Shown one piece after another: positions 56,309 through 64,000 of a stretch of DNA of 64,000 nucleotides. The position numbers and the translations under genes were made by a program. Within the stretch, counting starts at the first letter, position 1. Every line of letters begins with the position of its first letter. Origin of the DNA: Acidimicrobiia bacterium (lineage in GTDB: Bacteria; Actinomycetota; Acidimicrobiia; Spongiisociales; UBA5794); contig JBPCTY010000123.1 of the NCBI GenBank assembly GCA_051011415.1, positions 10,750 through 74,749 of the forward strand. The letters run 5' to 3'. The notes under the pieces are model-generated. The model searched no databases and was not told the DNA's origin. It saw nothing but the letters and a program-made list of their open reading frames with translations.

Positions 56309-59300
56309 CTACACCGTAACTGGCGACATTCGTTTGCTGAGCACCTTCGACGACTCGCCTGGCTCCATCGTTACCCCGTACAACACATCGGCAGCTTCCA
56401 TTGTCTGCTGTTGGTGGGTGATGATGACAAGCTGCGTGTTCGTCCTCAGCGTGTCGACGAGCCGCAAGAACCTATGCAGGTTTGCATCGTCGAGCGCTGC
56501 CTCAACCTCATCGAGGACATAGAACGGGCTTGGTCTGGCTCGAAACACGGCGAACAGGAATGCGAGTGCCGCAAGGGATCGTTCGCCACCCGACAGGAGC
56601 GACAGCCTCCCGACCTTCTTCCCAGCAGGCTGCGCCTCGACCAGCACACCGGTGCTGAGCGGGTCATCTGGATCGGTCAACGACAGCCGACCAGATCCGC
56701 CCGGGAACACGAGCGAGAAGTTTTCGTGATAGAACTCGGCAATCTCGCCAAACGCCTCCTCAAAGAGGGTCACCATCTTCTCATCCAGCGCGGCAATGAC
56801 CTTCTTCACATCGTCACGAGACGATGCCAGATCGGCCATCTGTTTCTCAAGCTCCTCAACCTCCGCAGCCAGATCTCTGTGCTCCTGAGCGGCCAACGGG
56901 TTGATCGGACCCATCCGTCGGATATCGGCTTCGAGCGCCACAAGACGTTCGGCGAGATCGACATCTTCCGCGAGTTCGGGCTTCGGGGCGGCAAGTGCCT
57001 CGTCCTCATCCGCATCAACATCGCGGCGGAGTGCTTCACCCGATGCCTCCAACCGGACACGAAGCTCTGCAAGCTCAACGTCAAGCTTTGCGAGGGCATC
57101 GGCCGATGTACGTCGCTCGAGGTCAAGGCGCTCACGCGACGACTCAGCTTCAACGAGATCGGACGTTGTCGTTCCAGATTCTTCGCGCAGTGCTCGTTGG
57201 CGTTCTCGCAGGCTGTCGATGTGGGATGCGACCGTGATGATGGCTGCTTCCGCTGCACGTTCTATCGCACCCAGCCGGTCGGTGAGTTCAGCACTGGCTG
57301 GAAGCAAAGTGAGCTGTTGCAGCTCAGCGACAACGACCTCAAGCCGTTGCTCGCTGAGTCGCTTCCGCTCGGCGATGGAGGCGCGACGTGCCGCGATCGA
57401 TTCGACCGACCTTCTTGCTGCATCCCTCTGGTCAGCAACCCGCTCTCTTCGAGCGTTCAAGGCCTCCCATGCTGCCTGGCGAGCAGCCTCCTCACCCTCG
57501 AACTCAGCTACCCGGTCGCGGACTCCTTCGATCCTGACGTCCCTCGCGTCCCTCGCCTCCGCAAGGGCCGAGAGTCGCTCTTGGAGCCTTTCGCTCTCGG
57601 CATGTGATGCGGCTCGCGTGCGGTCGACCAATCCGAGCGCTTCGGTATATCCAGCAAGTTCGGCCTCGACAGATTCGAGCTGCTCCAGCGCGGACCGTTC
57701 GTCAGCTCTTGCCGCATCAAACGTCCGTTGACTTCCTGTGCGAAGACTTACGGCCTTGGCAAGTTCTGTCTCTGCCTGTTCAGCTGAGACTGACGCTGCC
57801 TCCAAGGCAGCAGGACCTGCGCCATCGGGGTGGGCGACAATCATTCCATCGACTGAGACGACATCGCCCTCAGGAGTGACGGCCGTGATCTGCGGGTTCG
57901 CCGCAACGATTTTCGCTGCTGACTTCCATCCCTCCACGAGGAGGACACCACCGAGGAACGACTCAGCAACGGTGCTGTCGGCTTTCGCTCCGAGAGCATC
58001 GACCAATCGCTCGACCCCGAATTCCTCGGCAACCGACTGAGCTATCGACGTTGCGGTGTCGGAGACAATGGCAAAGGCCACGCCGCCCGATGCTTCCGCC
58101 TTCAAACCTGCGGCGACGTCTTCAATCGCGTTGTGGGAGCTTGCGACATACGCATCGCCCCACACACCGAGTGCCGCATCGACTGCGGCAGCAAGGTGCT
58201 CAGGCACGTCGAGTGCGCCAACAACGGAACCGGAGATCCCAGACGATCCGTCGGCAATCTCCCTCGCACGCGGATCGACCAATCCTTCCATTGCCGCTTC
58301 GAGAGCTTCGACTTTTGCAACGGCTCTGGCGACGACCAGCTTTGCTTCGTCATGTTCGAGGGATCGGCTCTCCCACTCCACCTGGCGGGCTTCGCGATTC
58401 TCCTTCAACCCCGTGTAGGTGGCCTGGAATTCAGTTGTCTGCCCATCTCTCGCACGGATCAACTCGTCGAGTCTCGCGATCTCAGCAGTTTCCTCTGCGA
58501 TTCGCTCTGCGACGATTCCGAGCCTGGTCTTCACTTGCTCTTCCTCAGCGGCATCCCGTCGAGCCGATGTTTCAAGAGCACGCAAGTCGCCTCGAAGGCT
58601 GGCGATCACGCCTTCGGCTGGGAGCTGCGCCTGCTCGGCGAGGGATCGCTCCTCGTCCTCGAACTCCGCAAGCGCCGTCTCTCGCCGCTCGGCTTCGGCT
58701 ACAGCAGCGACTTCTTGCTCCGTCGTTTCGGCCACGGCCCGTGTCAGATCAGCTTCTTCGGCGCTCAGATCGTCTCGGCGCTCATCAGCTCCGTCAAGCC
58801 GTGATTGGATCGATCGGCTCCGCTCCTTGGCGACGTTGGAGATGCGTACCAGTCGCTCACGAACCGTCTCGAGCCGTGCGGCGGCGGACGTGTCCCTGTT
58901 GAGCGCCGCTCCAACCTCGCCCGCTGCAGCGCGAAGCCGCTCGAGATCATCCTTCAGCCCCTCAAGCGCTGCATCAGCGCTGTCGCGGGTTTCACGGGCA
59001 GCTTCACGTTCGATTGCTGCGGTTCTCAGACGCCCTCGGATCGAGCGAAGCTCTTCGCCCCCGAGATACAGCCGGATCGACTTGGCTTCGGCACGGACAC
59101 TGTCATATCGCTCTGCAGCGTTCGCTTGCCGCTTCAACGGACGGAGCGCCTTCTTCTGCTGGCTCAGGATGTCATTGAGTCGTTCGATGTCGTGGTCGGT
59201 GCGCTCAAGACGTCGCACTGCCCTGTCGCGCCGTCCTCGGTGCTTTGTGACACCTGCCGCTTCCTCGATGACCGCACGGTGGTCCTCTGGTCGGGCGTTG

Positions 59301-59749
59301 AGGACTTCGCCGACCTGGCCCTGGCCGACGAGGACGTGCTGCTGGCGACCAATGCCACCGTCCGATAGCAATTCCTGTATGTCGAGCAGTCGGCACGGAG
59401 CTCCGTTGAGCTCATACTCGGAGCTCCCGTCTCTGAACAGCCGCCTCGTCACGGTGATCTCAGCGAGATCCAATGGCATCAGCTGCTCGTCGTTCGCAAA
59501 GGTGAGCTGTACCTCGGCACGAGATAGCGAAGGCCGGGTTGCCGTGCCTGCAAAGACGACGTCTTCCATCTTCTCTGTGCGAAGCGACTTTGTCGCCTGC
59601 GTTCCCATGACCCAGGCGATCGCATCGAGAATGTTGGACTTGCCTGATCCGTTGGGTCCGACGACGACGTTCACACCGGTTGAGAAGTCCAACCGGGTGC
59701 GGTCGGCGAATGACTTGAACCCGCGAAGGGTCAGATGTTTGAGTTTCAC
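56309..59749 (-). CDS. smc: chromosome partition protein SMC
   Basis: 1146 aa. Has Walker A GPNGSGKSN, long coiled coils, a hinge, the signature LSGGERSL and Walker B FYVLDEVEAALD. Confidence 0.96.
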   Translation of the reverse strand: MKLKHLTLRGFKSFADRTRLDFSTGVNVVVGPNGSGKSNILDAIAWVMGTQATKSLRTEKMEDVVFAGTATRPSLSRAEVQLTFANDEQLMPLDLAEITVTRRLFRDGSSEYELNGAPCRLLDIQELLSDGGIGRQQHVLVGQGQVGEVLNARPEDHRAVIEEAAGVTKHRGRRDRAVRRLERTDHDIERLNDILSQQKKALRPLKRQANAAERYDSVRAEAKSIRLYLGGEELRSIRGRLRTAAIEREAARETRDSADAALEGLKDDLERLRAAAGEVGAALNRDTSAAARLETVRERLVRISNVAKERSRSIQSRLDGADERRDDLSAEEADLTRAVAETTEQEVAAVAEAERRETALAEFEDEERSLAEQAQLPAEGVIASLRGDLRALETSARRDAAEEEQVKTRLGIVAERIAEETAEIARLDELIRARDGQTTEFQATYTGLKENREARQVEWESRSLEHDEAKLVVARAVAKVEALEAAMEGLVDPRAREIADGSSGISGSVVGALDVPEHLAAAVDAALGVWGDAYVASSHNAIEDVAAGLKAEASGGVAFAIVSDTATSIAQSVAEEFGVERLVDALGAKADSTVAESFLGGVLLVEGWKSAAKIVAANPQITAVTPEGDVVSVDGMIVAHPDGAGPAALEAASVSAEQAETELAKAVSLRTGSQRTFDAARADERSALEQLESVEAELAGYTEALGLVDRTRAASHAESERLQERLSALAEARDARDVRIEGVRDRVAEFEGEEAARQAAWEALNARRERVADQRDAARRSVESIAARRASIAERKRLSEQRLEVVVAELQQLTLLPASAELTDRLGAIERAAEAAIITVASHIDSLRERQRALREESGTTTSDLVEAESSRERLDLERRTSADALAKLDVELAELRVRLEASGEALRRDVDADEDEALAAPKPELAEDVDLAERLVALEADIRRMGPINPLAAQEHRDLAAEVEELEKQMADLASSRDDVKKVIAALDEKMVTLFEEAFGEIAEFYHENFSLVFPGGSGRLSLTDPDDPLSTGVLVEAQPAGKKVGRLSLLSGGERSLAALAFLFAVFRARPSPFYVLDEVEAALDDANLHRFLRLVDTLRTNTQLVIITHQQQTMEAADVLYGVTMEPGESSKVLSKRMSPVTV

Positions 59750-59795
59750 GGTGTGAGAGGTTACCAGACTGAATTACACGGTTGTAAGCCATCCG

Positions 59796-60479
59796 TCAGA
59801 CACCGCGATCAAGCGCATCCTGTGCTGCTGCGATAGCTGCTGCCTTCTTTGAGCCCCCCTGCCCCGACCCTGCCTCTGCCCCATCGACAAGTGCGGTTGC
59901 AGTGAACACCACGGCGTGGTCTGGTCCACTCCGTTGGTAGGCAAATTCGAGCATCGCCGACCGTTTGGCGAGAAGCTCCTGAAGGGCCGATCGAGGGTCG
60001 GAAACAGAGTCCTGCGAAAGCCTGTCGTGAAGCAGAGGAGCCCACGCCGATCGCACAACCGTGCCCGCCGCTTCGATTCCGCCGTCGAGGTAGATCGCAG
60101 CGACCACAGCCTCAACCGCATCAGAGAGGATTGACGCACGCGCTCTCCCCCCTGCGCGCTCCTCTCCCCTACCGAGCCGCAGGCCAGCTCCAAGATGCCA
60201 ACGGTCAGCGACTCGTGCAAGGGTCGGCTCGTCAACGACGGATGCCCGGATCTTTGTCATCGCCCCTTCGGGCATGCCGGGCATCGCATCAAAAATCATG
60301 CGTGTTGTGATGAGCTCAAGCACTGCATCACCGAGAAACTCAAGACGTTCGTAGGAGACGGCGCCGTCGTTCTCCGCAACAAACGATGAATGGGTCAACG
60401 CCTCCGTGAGGAGACCATCGTCCACAAACGTGTAGTCGACCGCTGAGCCGATTCGGTCCGACGCTGCTGTTTCTGACAT
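59796..60479 (-). CDS. rnc: ribonuclease III
   Basis: 227 aa. Carries the signature ERLEFLGDAVLE plus a C-terminal dsRBD (GGSKKAAAIAAAQDAL). Confidence 0.94.
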   Translation of the reverse strand: MSETAASDRIGSAVDYTFVDDGLLTEALTHSSFVAENDGAVSYERLEFLGDAVLELITTRMIFDAMPGMPEGAMTKIRASVVDEPTLARVADRWHLGAGLRLGRGEERAGGRARASILSDAVEAVVAAIYLDGGIEAAGTVVRSAWAPLLHDRLSQDSVSDPRSALQELLAKRSAMLEFAYQRSGPDHAVVFTATALVDGAEAGSGQGGSKKAAAIAAAQDALDRGV

Positions 60480-60480
60480 G

Positions 60481-61458
60481 TCAGTGGTTGGCTGCGTCGA
60501 TGCCCGCGGCGATCCGTTCTGTGAGACCGCTGTCTACGCCCTCGGCGGCGATCTCAATCGCGTTGCGCATTGCGGTCCTCGATGACGATCCGTGGGCAAT
60601 CACGACAACGCCTTTCGTGCCAACGAGATGAGCGCCTCCGACAGTGTCAGCGCTGAGCTTCTCGCGAAGCTCCATAAACGCCGGCATGAGCGGCGGAAGG
60701 AGTTCGGCGTACTGCTCCTGCGAGAGCAGTTCGAGAATCATCGCCTGGATCGCCTTGCCAGCCCCTTCAGTTGTCTTGAGGAGCACATTGCCGGTGAACC
60801 CGTCAGTGACAATCACATCAGCAACATCGGTGGCGAGATCTCGCCCTTCAACGTTCCCTACGAAGTTGACCGCGTTGCTCTCCGACATCAACGTGAAGGC
60901 AGCGCGTTCAAGGTCGCGACCCTTGGACGGCTCTTCACCGATGTTCAACAGACCCACGGTCGGGTTCTCGTGATGGATGTACACCTGGGCAAGGGCCGCA
61001 CCCATCACTCCGAACTGAAGCAGGTGCTCTGGTTTGCACTCGATGTTTGCACCTACGTCGAGGACGACGTGGCCGGTTGGGTAGATACTTGCGATTCCAG
61101 GTCGTGCGACACCAGCCAGCCTGCCGATTCTGAATGTCGCAGCAGCCATTGCAGCGCCTGTGCTGCCGGCCGAGACGAGCGCATCCGCGTCGCCGTTTGC
61201 AACCAGATCTGCTGCCACCACGATGCTTGCATCGCGCTTGTCGCGAATCGAACGGGCAGGGTCATCGTCAAATCCGATGATCTCCGATGCATGAACAATC
61301 GGGATCTCGACATCGCGTCCATCGAGAAGCGGAGCAAGAGATGCTTCGTCGCCTACGAGGGCAACGTCGACTCCGTCCTGGCAAGCCATGACGGCGCCTT
61401 CGACGATTTCATGGGGGGCTTGGTCACCACCCATGGCATCGACGGCTATTCGTGCCAT
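60481..61458 (-). CDS. plsX: phosphate acyltransferase PlsX
   Basis: 325 aa. Starts MARIAVDAMGGDQAP and carries VTDGFTGNVLLKT. Confidence 0.94.
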   Translation of the reverse strand: MARIAVDAMGGDQAPHEIVEGAVMACQDGVDVALVGDEASLAPLLDGRDVEIPIVHASEIIGFDDDPARSIRDKRDASIVVAADLVANGDADALVSAGSTGAAMAAATFRIGRLAGVARPGIASIYPTGHVVLDVGANIECKPEHLLQFGVMGAALAQVYIHHENPTVGLLNIGEEPSKGRDLERAAFTLMSESNAVNFVGNVEGRDLATDVADVIVTDGFTGNVLLKTTEGAGKAIQAMILELLSQEQYAELLPPLMPAFMELREKLSADTVGGAHLVGTKGVVVIAHGSSSRTAMRNAIEIAAEGVDSGLTERIAAGIDAANH

Positions 61459-61464
61459 GCGGAT

Positions 61465-61641
61465 CTAGGAGACCTCGGTGACGTCGCGACCGTTGTAGGT
61501 GCCGCAGTTCTTGCAGGCGCGGTGCGGCAAATGCTTTGACCCACAGTTGGAGCACGTCGCGATCGTCGGACGAGCGACCTTCCACTGAGCCTTACGGCGT
61601 CGCGTTCGGGATCGCGACATCTTCTTTTTTGGGACAGCCAT
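61465..61641 (-). CDS. rpmF: 50S ribosomal protein L32
   Basis: ORF trimmed to ATG 61641. Starts MAVPKKKMSRSRTRRRKAQWK and carries a CxxC...CxxC zinc ribbon. Confidence 0.93.
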   Translation of the reverse strand: MAVPKKKMSRSRTRRRKAQWKVARPTIATCSNCGSKHLPHRACKNCGTYNGRDVTEVS

Positions 61642-61660
61642 CTTTCGAAACCTCTTTTGT

Positions 61661-62167
61661 TTATTCCTCGTCGTCCAGCAGGTCCTTGAGGACGGCAAAG
61701 GGCGAGCGCGACTCGCCGTCGGACTCCGAGGAGTCTGTATTCAAGTCGGTTCCTGCACTAGTCACAACTCCAGGACAGTCCGGACCACAGCTTGGTGTCA
61801 GCGGAAGCGACAACAGCACATCGTCGCGCAGCATCTGCTCGACATCGATCTCCGTGCCTTCGAGGGGGTAGCTCTCATCATCCTCATCGTTTCGGTCGAA
61901 CAGTGCGCCAACCGTCGAGGATCGATCACTGATCGTGGCGGTGAGACATCGGGAGCACGAGTCTTCGGTGGTGAAGTGCACCTTTCCGGTAACGGCGATG
62001 CCTCCGGACACGGGATGCAGCAGTAGATCGGCAACGAGGGGCGGCTCAGGCATCACCCTCGATAGCTCGATCCGCCAGTCGACCTCAGCCTCCAGCCGCT
62101 CAGCCCGTGGGGAGGCATCCCTGCCAAGCAGGTCGGCAACCGACAGAACGAACGGACTTCGATTCAC
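61661..62167 (-). CDS. yceD: YceD/DUF177 family protein
   Basis: 168 aa. Conserved slot upstream of rpmF. Carries CSRCL ... CGPDCPG cysteine pairs and an acidic C-terminus. Confidence 0.85.
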   Translation of the reverse strand: MNRSPFVLSVADLLGRDASPRAERLEAEVDWRIELSRVMPEPPLVADLLLHPVSGGIAVTGKVHFTTEDSCSRCLTATISDRSSTVGALFDRNDEDDESYPLEGTEIDVEQMLRDDVLLSLPLTPSCGPDCPGVVTSAGTDLNTDSSESDGESRSPFAVLKDLLDDEE

Positions 62168-62178
62168 GAGCGATCGGT

Positions 62179-62703
62179 CTATTCGCTGACGGGTGCTTCG
62201 GGAGCAGCGGGAAGCGTCTTGTGAAGCTCGGCTCTGGCCTCGGTTACGTAGCGATACAACTCCCCAAGAACCAACTCAGCCTCGCTGAGGTGTCGCTCCG
62301 CATAGTCCTCGGCTTCCAGGCGGATACGTCGTGCCTCGTTCTCGGCATTTCGTACCAGCGTGTTTGCTTCTTCGACCGCTTCTTGGACGACGTAGTTCTC
62401 AGACACGAGCCGTTCCGACTCGGTCTGTGCATTGGCAATGATCGACTTCGCCTTTTCGTTTGTCTTGGCGACGTAGGTCTCGCGCTCGCGCACCATCCAC
62501 CGTGCAGCCCTGAGCTCCTCTGGGAGCGCTTCAGCTGCGGCATGAAGCCGATCGAGCATCTCGTCCTGGCTCACCATCACGTTGTTTGACAGTGGAACGG
62601 CTCTGGCGTTCTCAAGTTCGGTGATCAAGTCTTCGAGCAGTTCGCCGATCTGGCCAGGAACGGGAGGCGATGGTGTCGAATGGAGATGCGGTTCTTCGGT
62701 CAT
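62179..62703 (-). CDS. coiled-coil protein of unknown function (ATPase-subunit-H/DivIVA-like annotation class)
   Basis: 174 aa. Heptad-rich and charged (ERETYVAKTNEKAKSIIANAQTESERLV ... EARRIRLEAEDYAERHL). 4-nt overlap with coaD. Confidence 0.4.
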   Translation of the reverse strand: MTEEPHLHSTPSPPVPGQIGELLEDLITELENARAVPLSNNVMVSQDEMLDRLHAAAEALPEELRAARWMVRERETYVAKTNEKAKSIIANAQTESERLVSENYVVQEAVEEANTLVRNAENEARRIRLEAEDYAERHLSEAELVLGELYRYVTEARAELHKTLPAAPEAPVSE

Positions 62704-63176
62704 TGGATGCGCTCCTTCAAAGCGTCTGCGACGACGTCGGGGACCAGTGCGTCGACCGAACCTCCGAGGCGTGCAACTTCCTTTACGAGAGACGAGGAGA
62801 GGTAACCGTACTCAGGCTTTGTGGCAACAAACAGCGACACAACATCGCCCGAAAGGTGTCGGTTCATTTGGGACATCTGGATCTCGTAGTCGAAGTCCGT
62901 AACCGCCCGAAGGCCCTTCACCACGGTCTTCGCACCAACTTCCTTGGCGAAATCAACAAGCAGACCCTGGAACGAGGCGACGCTGACATTGTCCCAGTCG
63001 GCGCAGCACTCCTCAAGCATCGCAACACGTTCGTCAGCCGTGAACAGCGAATTCTTCGATGGGTTGTAGACGACCCCAACGACCACACGGTCAAACAGTC
63101 CGGTGCAGCGTTCCACAACATCGAGATGACCCTTGGTTGGCGGGTCAAAGCTTCCGGGCACCAACGCTGTGATCAC
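62700..63176 (-). CDS. coaD: phosphopantetheine adenylyltransferase
   Basis: 158 aa. Starts ALVPGSFDPPTKGHLDVVER and carries the SSSLVKEV motif. Confidence 0.95.
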   Translation of the reverse strand: MITALVPGSFDPPTKGHLDVVERCTGLFDRVVVGVVYNPSKNSLFTADERVAMLEECCADWDNVSVASFQGLLVDFAKEVGAKTVVKGLRAVTDFDYEIQMSQMNRHLSGDVVSLFVATKPEYGYLSSSLVKEVARLGGSVDALVPDVVADALKERIQ

Positions 63177-63709
63177 GTTTGCTTCCTCTCGTACACCGTC
63201 ACGCGTGCATCACCGTACAGCCGCTCGTCAATTGAAGTGAGGAAATCGGCGGTGGGCGAGGCTGACGATTCCTGGCGGTGCAGAACCACCAGCCCATCAA
63301 CGGCAAGAACGGACTCGATACCTGCCAACACATCGAGGACCGCTCGGTCATCGTCGGCGTACGGCGGGTCGACAAACACGAGATCGAACCGCGCCGTGAG
63401 TTGTTCGAGCGCAGTTTCAACCGTCTGGCACATCAGCACTCCCCCGAGGCCGACGGCTGCAATGTTCTGCTCAATACATGCGCACGAATGCCTTCCTCGG
63501 TCAACGAAGACAGCGTCGGCGGCTCCGCGAGAAAGCGACTCGAGCCCGAGCGACCCGGAACCAGCAAAGAGATCCAGAACGTTTGCGCCGGGAAGCTTCC
63601 ACTGCAGGATGGAGAAGATCGACTCACGAGCACGGCTGGTCATTGGCCTCGTTCCCTCGCGCGGGACCTTCAGCCTTCGCCCTCTCGCCGCTCCCGCAAT
63701 GATCTGCAT
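63173..63709 (-). CDS. rsmD: 16S rRNA (guanine966-N2)-methyltransferase
   Basis: 178 aa. Starts MQIIAGAARGRRLKVP and carries TRPMTSRARESIFSIL, LDLFAGSGSLGLE and VFVDPPY. Confidence 0.92.
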   Translation of the reverse strand: MQIIAGAARGRRLKVPREGTRPMTSRARESIFSILQWKLPGANVLDLFAGSGSLGLESLSRGAADAVFVDRGRHSCACIEQNIAAVGLGGVLMCQTVETALEQLTARFDLVFVDPPYADDDRAVLDVLAGIESVLAVDGLVVLHRQESSASPTADFLTSIDERLYGDARVTVYERKQT

Positions 63710-63733
63710 CTCATCTCCCGCAACCGATCAGTT

Positions 63734-64000
63734 TCAGCTCTTGGTCAACCATTCACCGGAATCTCCAACGAACCAGTTGAACTCCTCGATCAATGCCTCG
63801 ACAAAGACAGAGTTCCTGTCATCTGTGACTGCTTCCCTTGCAACCTCAGAGGCTATGCCAATCGCCTTCGCATCTCGAAGGACATCGCCAAACCGCAGAT
63901 CGCCCGCACCGGATTGGGAAGCACCGAGCAGAGTTCCCGCTCCCCTGATTTCGAGATCGACTTCAGCCAATGCAAAACCATCGTTCGAGCCAACCATCGC
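63734..64000 (-). CDS. recG: ATP-dependent DNA helicase RecG, C-terminal end (gene continues past the right edge)
   Basis: Reads GFALAEVDLEIRGAGTLLGASQSGAGDLRFGDVLRD, a RecG C-terminal motif. The frame is open to the window edge. Confidence 0.85.
   Translation of the reverse strand, partial: AMVGSNDGFALAEVDLEIRGAGTLLGASQSGAGDLRFGDVLRDAKAIGIASEVAREAVTDDRNSVFVEALIEEFNWFVGDSGEWLTKS

Noticed and set aside
56411-59756. Two long plus-strand ORFs (398 aa and 445 aa) opposite smc
   Set aside because: They are antisense to SMC. The second is Ser/Ala/Arg low-complexity, mirroring the Glu/Ala/Arg-rich coiled coil on the other strand.
1-64000. Search by eye for rRNA, tRNA, CRISPR arrays, transposase/IS ends and prophage genes
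   Set aside because: No non-coding gap is long enough for an rRNA or a repeat-spacer array. No cloverleaf-like sequences were seen in the gaps. No integrase or transposase motifs were found apart from the housekeeping XerC.

Overview
Visibly GC-rich, almost gap-free chromosomal segment (GC not computed). Its backbone has the gene order typical of Actinomycetota, nearly all on the minus strand: pnp-rpsO, ribF-truB-nrnA-rbfA-infB-nusA-rimP, proS-ispG-rseP-dxr-cdsA-frr-pyrH-tsf-rpsB, whiG-xerC, dprA-comM, yraN-lepB, rplS-trmD, rimM-khpA-rpsP-ffh, ftsY-smc-rnc-plsX-rpmF-yceD and coaD-rsmD-recG. I found no rRNA, tRNA, CRISPR array or transposase. Intergenic space is very short; the largest gaps are about 256, 241, 162 and 156 nt. 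The conserved backbone is interrupted by accessory inserts. (1) ridA plus a secreted lipase-like hydrolase lie between ribF and rpsO. (2) A glutaredoxin-like gene and a bicupin with a His/Asp-rich tail lie between xerC and dprA. (3) Two small membrane proteins, an enoyl-CoA hydratase and a zinc-ribbon mini-protein lie between comM and yraN. (4) An AlkA-type glycosylase lies between rplS and lepB. (5) A 15.7-kb mixed block splits the normally contiguous rimM-trmD pair. It holds TetR, a hemin-type ABC importer, split FO synthase cofG/cofH, an MFS transporter, a lipoprotein, a Rieske-ThDP fusion enzyme, IcmF and a DUF222-HNH gene. (6) A nucleoside-salvage/ETF block with an embedded alkyltransferase-like (ATL) gene lies between ffh and ftsY. 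The most unusual items are these: the Rieske [2Fe-2S]-thiamine-diphosphate enzyme fusion; FO synthase encoded as two overlapping ORFs, with about 250 extra N-terminal residues on CofH; a CdsA carrying a roughly 340-aa almost purely acidic N-terminal region that includes a 15-nt tandem repeat; and a TetR gene whose stop codon abuts the trmD start. Functions are inferred from motifs read by eye, with no database search. Several start codons were re-picked inside the longest ORFs and remain provisional.
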